A stretch of DNA of 64,000 nucleotides, from NCBI RefSeq assembly GCF_009834535.1, contig NC_045696.1, positions 91,824,001-91,888,000 on the forward strand, given 5' to 3'. The DNA is from Camelus ferus (taxonomy: Eukaryota). Made by a program: the position numbers and the translations under genes. Each line of letters begins with the position of its first letter. Position 1 is the stretch's first letter. Below are positions 53,356 through 64,000 of the stretch, piece by piece. Under the pieces are notes generated by a model. That model was given only the letters and a program-made list of their open reading frames with translations, was not told where the DNA came from and did no database searches.

Positions 53356-54933
53356 CAGATAATGATAGTACAGAAAAATAATTTAATCAACTGTGTGAGC
53401 ACTGTTATTTAATCTTTTTATTTGCTTATCCATCTATAAAATGGATATAATAGGAATTGCTGATCATACCTCATTCAATGAGTTAATTCATTTTTCTCCA
53501 ATTTGAAAGTATTCATTCCCATTTAGAATGTAAATAGTATATACAGAATCTAGGAAGAAACTGAAGTGCACACTTTTTTTGAAGATGCATTAATTCAAAC
53601 ACACAACAAATAAATATCATCCTATTCCTAAGCTAAAATAACATGACCTGAGTTGTTTGTTCAGGCCTGTTGGTAAGTGAAGCAGTAAGGAGGTGGGTGG
53701 AGAGATGATCAATGATTGAGAGAAAATGAACCGAAAGTTAAGCAGGACTACATTCCTTAGAACAGTTTTGCTGCCTCCAGCATTAGAGGGGCAGCCACCT
53801 AGTGCCTATTAGGATTGCCTTTAGACAGGCAGACAGTGCCGGTTCTCAGTAGGGCCTCACTGCCTCCCGAATTACCTCCTGTAGACCTCTAGTGGATTTC
53901 TTCTAGTGCTAATTCAGCCGCCTTTAAATAAATACATTTTAAATAATAAATAAATCAAACCCATTTCCCCAAACACTTCTTCCAATCCTACTCCTACAAA
54001 AAGGCTTTGAGTATAGAAATCCCTGAAGCTCAGGTAAGAGGATTTATGGAAAAGCTACACTTAGCTGTTGACCCTCAGGGTTGACGTATTTGGTCTCTTG
54101 GTTTTCATCCAATACCCCCTCCGTTTTTTTCCCCATGTTGTTAATTTTATTATGTCCTTTTAAAACACCTCATATCCTTTTTGAAAAGAAGTGGGGTGTA
54201 ATAAATAAAAGGTAACAAGTTCTAAAGTTATGCTTTCTTCAAAGTCTCTACTCCACTGAGCAGAAAACACTGGGTGTGGACCTAATCAAAATTGGGCTAG
54301 GCATTTTAAAACCCCCAATTAAACTGAAGTTAATAGTCATAATAGAGCTGAGATCAGGACATTTCCTAGTCCCAGGAACATCCCTTGTGAGATATTAGGC
54401 AACGTTTAGATATCCAAGGTAGGTAGGAAAGTGATATTATCTGTAGGGGGGTGGGAAGGGGGACTGTATGCTATTAACTTTAGTTAACAAACACAGAAAG
54501 GGAAAAAAAAAAAAAGGAAAGTGAGGGAAATGAAACAGAACTGAATTCCTACCAGGCACAGAGTAATGCATAGATCATCCCTGTGAAGTAGTTGTTTCTC
54601 TGACCATTTTATAGATGAAGAATCAAAAGTATAAGAAGATTATAAGGCAAGGTCATAGTGCTAAGTAATAGCAGAGCCGCTACTGTTTGTACCAGATTAT
54701 ACACTGCTTTGATTTATTCTTATAGTTCTTACCAGGATTTAGTCCAATAAAAATCATATTTTATCTTATAGTGATAAATAACTGATTTTAAACAAAGGAA
54801 ATTCAAGGGAGAAGATAAATAGAAAGAATACTGAATGGGACAGAAACTCTACAGTGCTGATTAAGGAGCTTGGGGGAAAAAAGACCTCCTTTAAAAAAAG
54901 CAAAGCAGAAAAAATACTTTATTTTAGTAACCA

Positions 54934-54949
54934 TGTTGCTATAGCAACA
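54934..54949. promoter_or_regulatory. RFX X-box-like perfect palindrome TGTTGCTATAGCAACA
   Basis: 16-bp perfect palindrome containing GTTGCTATAGCAAC, fitting the RFX consensus GTTGCYATRGCAAC. Confidence 0.5.
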
Positions 54950-55950
54950 ATATATTGATACACAAAGGAGCTTTCAAAGTTACACTGGTAATAAAAGATA
55001 CACATGTATACATAGATCTATCAACGTTGTTGAATAAATTTCAACTTTCATAACCTTGCCAGATGTAGTAACAAGGAAACCCACATAAACATCATTTACA
55101 CCAATTGTAAAAACCCCTCTTAACTTCTAGTATTTACTGTTTTTATGTGTCCACAGACTAAAGGAATAATGGAAAACAGTATGCTCTATACCTAAGGACT
55201 TTGGTCTGGAACACAATCTAGTGCTGGTTAGGAGAACAATGAAAAGATAGTAAAAGGATGATCTGGTCTTAGAACTACCTGGTGTGATTAAAACTTTTTT
55301 AGATTTCTCAAAGTTTAAGTAATGCATAATACAAATACCAATATAATAAATTCATATATATACATCTAGACTAAGAGAAATATGATATAAACATCTAGGT
55401 TTAAATGATCTGTTAATGACCCTGTGTCTATTGGAGCCATTTTTCAGTGGCTTGAAAAAGAACATACACGTTTCCAAATGGTACTCAACCTTTCTTTTCC
55501 TGCCTTCCCCATGTTCATATGCCCAATCACACTCCGATCAGTAACAGCTTTCATTTCACTGAAGAGATTCCCACTCAGCCCCAGAAGGAAGAATCTTAGG
55601 AGAGAGCTGAGGATTTGAGAAGGCCCCCAGAGATCTGAAATGACTGCCTAGGAAGTATGCCCAACCCATGAGAGCTATAGTTCTGCACCAGTTCTTTGTT
55701 CTACAAAATCTTGATTATTCAAAATTCAGTTGACCCAAACATTCTTAACATATATGCCTCCCACACTACTTCCATCAATAACAGAGTACTACTGCACAAG
55801 TAGAAAAAGCTGAGCCTGCATAAGGCACGTACAGAACACAAGACCTTCAAAAAAAGAAGTCCTTGATATATTTCTTTTCTTGAGATAGTTTTTTTTTTTC
55901 CTCTCAGGAAACTAAAGTAAGCATGCACCTGCTACTTCCTGGAAGGAAAT

Positions 55951-56380
55951 GTAATGTCCAGAGAAGTGGGCCCTGTTGGTGTCTTCTCCTTATAACAGAA
56001 CCTGACTTTATTTCAGGAAGCAATGAGCCAACTCCCTGAAGTCAGTTCCCAGGACTCCCCTGCAGTTGTGGGAAAGCTTTTGACCTCCAAGTACAGGCAT
56101 TTCCCGTGACTACTTCCCTCTTTGTATTTCTGCCTAGATTCTCCTAAGATTCTTCCTTCTGCCTACCTTTGGCAGTGCAGAAGCCACCTTGAGATCATGA
56201 GGAGACCAGCATCAGGCTGAAGGCCTACTCACTGACAAAGACGGAGTGAGAGATGGCAAGAGGATGGGTCCCTGGTGCAATCTGAGCTGTCTATACCCCT
56301 TCCCCTTCTTCCTGATTCAAGAAACAAATAAACTTTTGCCCATTTAAGCCACTTGCTGCAGAATGCACTCCTAACTGACA
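55951..56380 (+). mobile_element. MaLR LTR (MLT1-like)
   Basis: TG...CA termini; AGCCACCTTGAGATCATGAG, AAATAAAC...TTTAAGCCAC...TCCTAACTGACA. Confidence 0.7.
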
Positions 56381-56929
56381 TGACTGGTCTATGCGGGAGG
56401 TAGGTTTGGCAGAGGAAGATAACAACTAACAAAACGTGCCTTGTTTACCCCGTTATCCTCTACTCGAGCCAGGTACTTCCATTTCCTCCAACTCTCTTCA
56501 TTTATAAACTCAGAAAGACTCCATTAATTTGATCCCAAACTGTAGACTCAATCTGGCGGTCTGAATTCTTAGTATGTACCTACACCCCTTCTTTGGGCTG
56601 ACTGGTCTCGACTTGACTTCTGTGGCTCAACTGACTTGTGAGAATGGCCAACTATGATCAACAGAACTGTTAAGTCTGGCTCCTCATGGACAGGCCTATC
56701 CTACCTCTGCTTAAATTTCTATGCACTGTCTCAATTTGGCATAAGCAGAAGAGAAATCAAAAACAAAATATTTAGCAGGCACGTGGAGTATGCATAGACA
56801 ATGACTGACTTATGTGAGCTAACTATTAACATTTGTGAGAATTTAAGGCATTACTTTAAAAAAATGTTCTTAGTTATTCAAAGCAATTTCTAATTTGACT
56901 AAAAAAATCAAACCAAGGTCACAACTAAG

Positions 56930-59900
56930 TTCAAGTAGCCCTGTTACTCCCAGGTCCTCCCTCTTACAACTAAAAAACCCAATCACAGCACAACATAAGC
57001 ACAGGAAGACTCTGAAAGGTGGGAAGAAGGCAGATGGCCTACTGACTTTGGGACTTGAGAAACACCGAGGTGATGAGATCTCCGAGTATCCTTATTTTCT
57101 TCCATATAGCCCACACAGGGCACTGCAGAAGTCTCCAAGCCAGAACCAACAGCAGCCACAGACCAAAAAAAAAAAAAAAAAGCTCCAAGAAAAGTCTGAT
57201 CTACTTAGCTGATCAGGGAAAGCATGACTAAATAATAGAAAACAATCTTGGTAATATCTGCCCTCTCCAGCCAAATATCAACTGTAAACTTGTACCGCCC
57301 CACCTCACAGTTTCAGGGCAGCCACAAGCAAGCAGAGGGTTGATCTTCCACACACCACATCCCTGCCCCACAGAGGCAGGTGATGCAGTCCAATTCACCT
57401 GGCTGGTGTAGCATTGCTGGTGAAAGCTGGGAGCTGATCTTCCATTCCCCTCTGTAGACGCAACATATGCACCAACTCTCACACCAGAGTAGTGTCAGTG
57501 GGTTCAGCGGGGAGCTAGGGATCCACCCCAACCCTGCACCAATGAATCTGAACAAAGCGGATAGGTGAGGCTCAGTGGGGAACTAAACTGCCATACCCAA
57601 CTGGCAGCAAAGATCAAATGAAGCAGTGAAAAAAAGGACTAGTGGTACTCCTAGTCTGCCTCCCCACCCATATCCTGTGTCAGAGAGTCTCAGACAGACG
57701 CCAGCCAGCATCAGTGAGGTAGAAAAAGATGGTGTGAGACAGAGTAGTCCACACTCTGCTTCCCTCCCTGTTATGTCAATGGAATATGCTGAGCCTCTAA
57801 TCCCAGCTAGCATCAACAAGGCAGAATCAAGTGGCAGGCAGCAGGGCTGGTTGGCACCCTACTTCTCCCATCCTTTGGTGTCAGTGGGCACAGAGAGAAA
57901 GCAGGCTTCTGTCCCCACCCTGCTGCAAAAAAACAGTATGAGTCAGCCCTCTGGTTCCCTCTCCCTGGTGACAGTGAGTTCAGCAGCGGAGAACTGATCT
58001 TATATCACCACGCAGAGACACAAGGCGGTGTAAGTTGGTGACCCACTTTTGCCAGAAAGGTGTGAATGGGGCCAAGAGGGACATGTTAACTTCCACTCCA
58101 CCAGTCTGAAACAAGGCAGTGTGAGTCAAAACCCCACATTTGCTAAAGTAGTGTCAGTGGGCCCAGCAGAAAGCTGAACAACACCCAGCTGGCTTTCAGG
58201 CTATACCTCAACAGGGAGAGGGCCTGCTAAATAAAAGATAAAGTAGGATCCAGAGTCTCATGACATAATTTCCAAAATCATCAGGTTTCAATGGAAAATC
58301 ACTCAACATGCCAGAACCAGGAAAATCATAACATTAATGAGAAAAGATAATCAACAGACCCAACACTGAGATGAATTAGATAGTGGAATAATCTGACAAG
58401 GCTTATAAAGCAGCTATCATAAAAATTTTTTAAGTAAAAATTCTCTTGAAACAAACAAAAAGTAGAAAATCTCAACAAAGAAATAGAAGTCACCAAAAAC
58501 CAGAAATGACAGAACTGAAAACTGAGCCACTGGATGGGCTGAATAGAAAAGTATAATGACATAGGATGGCATCAGTGAACATTAGGATATATCAACAGAA
58601 TTCACTCAACCCGAACAAGGGAGAAAATAGACAGAAAAAATAATTAACAGAGTCTCAGAGACCTCTGTGACAATAACAAAAGAGCTAACATTCATATGAT
58701 CAGAGTCTGAGGACATGAGAAGAAGGAGGAAGTAGGATTAAATAATATTCAAAGAAATAATGGCTGAAAACTTATAACTATATTAAGAGATATAAACATA
58801 CAGATTTAATAAACTGTAGGAAAGATACTATCTATCCAAACAGAGTAAACCCAAAGAAATCCATGTTAAGGCATGTCATAAGTAAATGATAGACTGTGAT
58901 AAATTATGAATCTATACTGAATTAACTAGAGCAACGACTATGAAGCCCATACAAAACAATATACTTAAAACACTATAAATAAGTCAAGATATAATCCTAA
59001 AAATGTTCAAGAAACCAACAGGAAGGTAAGAAAGAGAAACAGAAGTAACAGAACCAGAGGAAACAAACTGAACAGAAATAAAATGGCATACATAAACCTT
59101 AACATATCAATAATTACCTAAATGTAAATGATCTAAATACACCAATTAAAAGAGACAGAGTGGATAAAAAAATAATTCAGCAATATGCTATCTATAAAAC
59201 TCACTTCAAATTCAGTGACAAAGATATGTTGAGAATAAAGGAATGAAAAAATATCATGTAAACAGTTTTATGTTTTTAAAAAAGTGGTAGTGGCTATATT
59301 AATATCAGAGAAAGTAGACTTCAGAGCAAAGAAAATTACTAGAGACAAAAAAGGATATTACATAATGATGAAAGAATCAATCCACCAGGAAAACATAACA
59401 ATCCTAAGTGTGTTTACACCAAACAACAGAGCTACAAAATACGTAAAGCAAAAATTACAGAACTCAAAGAGAAATAGACAAATCCATAATTAGAGCTGGT
59501 AACTTCCAACACTCCACTTAACAACTGACAGAATCACTTGACAGAAAATCAGCAAGGAAATGAAAGAACTCAAAACCATCAACTACCAGGTTTTAATTGC
59601 CACATCTAGGAAACCACCCAATAACAGCAGTATAAACATATTTTTTCAAGCATCCATGGAACAGTCACCAAGGTAGCACATATCTTTGGCCATAAAACAA
59701 ATTTCAACAAAATTTTAAAAGTTGAAATCATACAGAGTATGTTCTCTGACCATAATGCAATCAAACTAGGAAAGTAACAGAAAGATGACAGGAAAGTCTA
59801 TAAACACTTGGAAGCTAAATAGGATACTTCTAAATAATCCGTATGTCAAAGAAAAAGTCTCGAAGGAAATTTTAAGATATATGTACACACACACACACAC

Positions 59901-59985
59901 ATACAGAGAACTGAATGAAAATGAAAATACAACATATCAGAATATGTGCAGCACAACTAAAGCAGTATAGAGAGTAAATTTATGA
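56930..59985 (+). mobile_element. Old L1 (L1MC/MD-like) 5'UTR, ORF1 remnant and ORF2 endonuclease region
   Basis: GC-richer 5' region followed by VAILISEKVDFRAKKITRDKKGYYIM and NTWKLNRILLNN. Confidence 0.8.
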
Positions 59986-59989
59986 GTGA

Positions 59990-62900
59990 AATTTTCTAAT
60001 ATCCAAGAAAAATCTACTTGTGCTTCTGTTGAGGGAGGAGAAAAGCAAATATTTTTAAATATGCCAGAGCTTTCTATTATGTTTAACAAGGCCTGCCCTC
60101 AGGAGAAACTATTCTTTACCAGAACTTAATCTGCAGGGATCTTATCAGAGCCTAACTGAATCTGGCAAAGGGAAAAACTCAGCCCTAGCCCATTCTAAAA
60201 TCCTGTCCCACCTGAGGGCAGAGGTAGCGGATGGGGGATCTGGCAACTGAGAAATAGCTGTGAAGTTCACAGTTCACTGGCATAGACTCACTACAAGCCT
60301 GAAACATAACCATAGACTATAGAACACTTCTCCTTCCTCTCCGACATTACTACCACATTACTAAAGGCCTTTATACTTCAATTCCTCTTACCTAGTACAT
60401 CATGTCCACCTGTCAACAATAACTTGCAATGTATATTAAAAGGCAAAAAACACAGTTTGAAGACACTGAACAAGCACCAGAACTAGAGTGAGATATAGCA
60501 GGAGTGTTGGAATTATCAAACCAGAAATTTTTTAAAATCATGATTAATGTGATTTTAATAGCAAAAGTAGACAACATGCCAGAACAGATGGATAATGTAA
60601 GCAGAGAGATGGAACATCAAAGAAAGAACCAAAAAGAAATGCTCAACATAAAAAACACAGTAACAGAAATGAAGAATGCCTTTGATTGGCTCATTAGTAG
60701 ACTAGACATCACTGAGGAAAGAATCTCTTGCTGGATGATATGACAATAGAACTGAAAAGCTTCTAAAACTGAAAAGCAAAGAAAAAATGAAAAAAAAAAC
60801 CCATAATAGAATAGCCAAGTTGGAACAACTATAAAAGGCTTAACTTAACATATGCACAATAGGAATACAAGGAGGAGAAGAAATGGATAGAAGAAAAGAA
60901 GAAATATTTGAAACAATGATTGATAATTTCCACCAAATTAATGTCATATACCAAACCACATATCCAGGAACTTCAGAGAATGCCAACCAGGATAAATGCC
61001 AACTTAGACACATCATCTCCAAACTACAGAAAATCAAGGATAAAGAAAAAACTCCAGAAAGAAACTAAAGGGTAAAAACACTTTACCTACAGAAGAACAA
61101 AGATAAGACTTTTATATCCAACTTCTCCACAAAAATCATGAAAGCAAAAAAATAATGGAGTGAAATATTTAAAGTCTGAGAGATAAAACAACCACCAATC
61201 TAGAATTCTGTAGCCTGAGAAATTACCCTTCCAAGCTGAAGGAGAATGAAGACTTTCTCAGACCAAAAAAAGGAAAATAAAAATTGACGGGAATTTGCTG
61301 CCAGTAGATCTCCTTTACAAGAAATTAAAGGAAGTTCTTCAGAAAGAAGGAAAAGATTATTGGGAAAAAATTCAGATCAGCATAAAGAAAAAGAACATAA
61401 GAGAAGGAATAAGTGAAGGTAAAAATAAAAGCTTTTCTTTATTCTTCATTGGCATAATAGGTAACAGTTTATTCAAACTAATAGGAGCAACAGTGTATTT
61501 GATTAGGTATGCTTTAACATATATATATATATATACACACACACACAAATGCATTTATATACATACTTATGGTATGCTTACTTATAAGTAAAATGAATGG
61601 CAGCAATGATACAACTGGATGGGAGGGAGGAATTAGGAATATTTTGTTATTATAAGGCATTTGCACTACCCATGAAGCAATGTAGCATTATTTAAAAGTA
61701 GTCTTGGATTAGTTATAAAAATACATAGCAAACTCTCAGGCAACAACTTAAAAAGTAAGAAAAAGAAGTATAACTGATATTCCAAGAAAGAGAAGATGGA
61801 ATTATATAAAATTCTCAATTAAATCCATAAGAGGCAGAAAAAGTGTAGATGACAAAAACAAAAATGGAGAAAAAGTGAAGCATATAGAAAACAATAACAA
61901 AAAAATGGTAGATACTGATCCAATTATATCAGTCATTATTTTGAATGTCAATGATCTAAATACACCAATTAAAAGACAGAGACTGTCAGAGTGGATTAAA
62001 AAACAAGACCCAACTATAATACTATCTTCAAGAAACACACTTCAAATACAAAGACACATACAGGTTAAAAATAAAGGAGTGGATAGCAATATATCATGCT
62101 GACACCAATCAAAAGAAAGTGAAGTATCTACCTTAGTTTCAGACAGAGACTTCAGAGCAAAAAAAGTTATCAGAAATACAGAGGGTATTACATAATGATA
62201 AGGAGTGAGTGCTCCAAGAAGACATAATAATCCTTAATGACACAGCCTAACATATCAAAATATGTAAGGCAAAAGCTGATAGAGCCTCAAAGAGAAACAG
62301 TTTAATTCACTATTACAGTTGGATACTTAAACACCCTTTTATCAAAAAAGGACATACTCAGGAGGCTGGAAATCAGTAAGGATATAGTTGAACTCAACAG
62401 CATCATCAATCAACTGATATTACTGACATCTATGGAAGACTTCATCCAACAACAGCAGAATAACACATTCTTCTCAAGCTCACATGAAACATTCACCAAG
62501 ATAGACCATATTCTGTGCTGTAAAACACATCTTAACAAATTTAAAGAATAAAAATCATACTATGTCTGCACTCAGACAACAATGAACTTAAACTACAAAT
62601 TAAACAGAAAGAGCTGGGAAATCCCAAAATGCTTGGAGATTAAACAACACACTTCTCAATAACAAGTGTATCAAAGAAGAAGTCACAGAGAAACTTGAAA
62701 ATACTCTGAACTAAATGAAAACGAAAATAAAACGTACTGAAATTTGTGGAATGCAGCAAAAGCAGTGCTCACAAGGAAATTTACGGCACTGAAAGCATTT
62801 ATTTGAAAAGAGGAAAGATCTAAAAACAATAATTTAAACTTTCACCTTAGGAAACTAGAAAAAGAAGAGCATATTAAATCCAAAGTAAGCAGAAGAAAGG

Positions 62901-64000
62901 AAATAATAATTAGAGCAGAAATCAATGAAATCAAAATAGGAAATCAACAGAGAAAATCAATAAAACCAAAAGCTGGTTCTTTGAAAAGATAAACAAAAAT
63001 GATCATCTTCAAGCAACGCTAAAAAAGAAAAAGAGAGGAGATACAAATTGCTAGTGTCAGAAATTAAGAGAAATCATCACTAGAGATCCCTCAAAAAACT
63101 AAAAATAGAATTACCTTATGATCCAGCAATTCCATTCCTAGGTATATATCTGAAGAAAATGGCAGTATTAATTCAAATATATATATATATATATTTGATG
63201 TTCATAGCAGTATTGTTTACAATAGCCAAAATATGAAAGCAACCTAAGTGTCCATCAACAGATGAATGGATAAAGAAGACATGGTATATACATACAATGG
63301 AATACTACCAAGCAATAAGAAAGAATGAAATTTTGCTATTTGCAACAACATGGATGGACTTGAAGGGTATCAAGCTTACTGAAATAAGTCAGAGAAAGCA
63401 AATATTGTATATTACTTATATGTGGAATCTAAAAAATATAACAAACCAGTGAATATAACAAAAAAGAAGGAGACTCAGATATAGAGAACAAACCAGTGGT
63501 TACCAGTGGGGAGAGGAAGAGGTAAGGGTAATACATGGGTATGGATTTACAAAATACAAACTATTAGGTATAAAATAAGCTATAGGATATATTGTACAAC
63601 ACAGGGAATATTTTATAAATGGAGTATAACCTTTAATAATTGTGAATCACTATGTTGTACACCAGAAACTTACACAATATTGTAAATCAACTAGACCTCA
63701 ATAAAAAAGAAAAAATAATTTTAAAAAATTTAGAAGAAATACTATGAATAACTCTATGCCCACAAATTTGATAATCTAGATGAAATGAACCAATTCCTTG
63801 AAAGAAATGCCAAAACTCATACAAGAATTGACAAACTGAACATAACTGTATCTATAAAGAAATTGCATGAATAATTAACAAACTTCCAAAGTAGAAAGCA
63901 CCAGGTCCAGATGGATTCACTGGTAAATTCTACCAAACATTTAAAGAAAAAATTGTACCAAATCTCTCTTTCAATAGAAATAAGTGAAGAGACTATTCAA
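59990..64000 (+). mobile_element. Second old L1 (same family as 45280-47472), 5' region, ORF1 and ORF2, continuing past the window end
   Basis: EMKNAFDWLISRLD, ISVIILNVNDLNTPIKRQRLSEWIKKQDPT; ORF2 resumes after the nested insert. Confidence 0.88.
63090..63725 (+). mobile_element. Younger L1 3' end nested in ORF2 of the older L1
   Basis: GATCCAGCAATTCCATTCCTAGG...3'UTR...AATAAA and A-tail, interrupting ORF2 between IITRDP and LYAHKFDNLDEM. Confidence 0.85.

Noticed and set aside
57626..57997. 123-aa Ser/Pro-rich ORF and overlapping ORFs at 56895-57819
   Set aside because: Lie in the GC-richer 5' region of an old L1; no recognisable protein or splice context
45400..62100. Segmental duplication between about 45400-47470 and 60000-62100
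   Set aside because: Similarity is only moderate and confined to L1 sequence, consistent with independent copies of one old family

Overview
Mammalian genomic DNA, AT-rich and mostly transposon-derived. It is probably camelid, inferred from a Vic-1-like tRNA-derived SINE and the apparent absence of Alu, Bov-tA, PRE-1 and Can-SINE. The window lies inside the LEKR1 gene on the minus strand. Two consecutive internal coding exons are visible (19122-19241, 120 bp; 11363-11538, 176 bp), and no flanking LEKR1 exons were found. Nested antisense in a LEKR1 intron is an intronless, shortened cTAGE5/MIA2-like reading frame (1610-2239) interrupted by a single stop codon. The rest is L1 of many ages, L2, MIR, ERVL/MaLR LTRs and hAT DNA transposons. 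Other notable items are two small mRNA-3'-end-like insertions, a candidate 40-bp poison exon, a perfect RFX X-box palindrome, and an inverted pair of young L1 copies sharing the same ORF2 frameshift. Repeat subfamily names and most repeat boundaries are by-eye approximations from remembered consensus sequences. No prokaryotic system, CRISPR array or convincingly new biological system was found.
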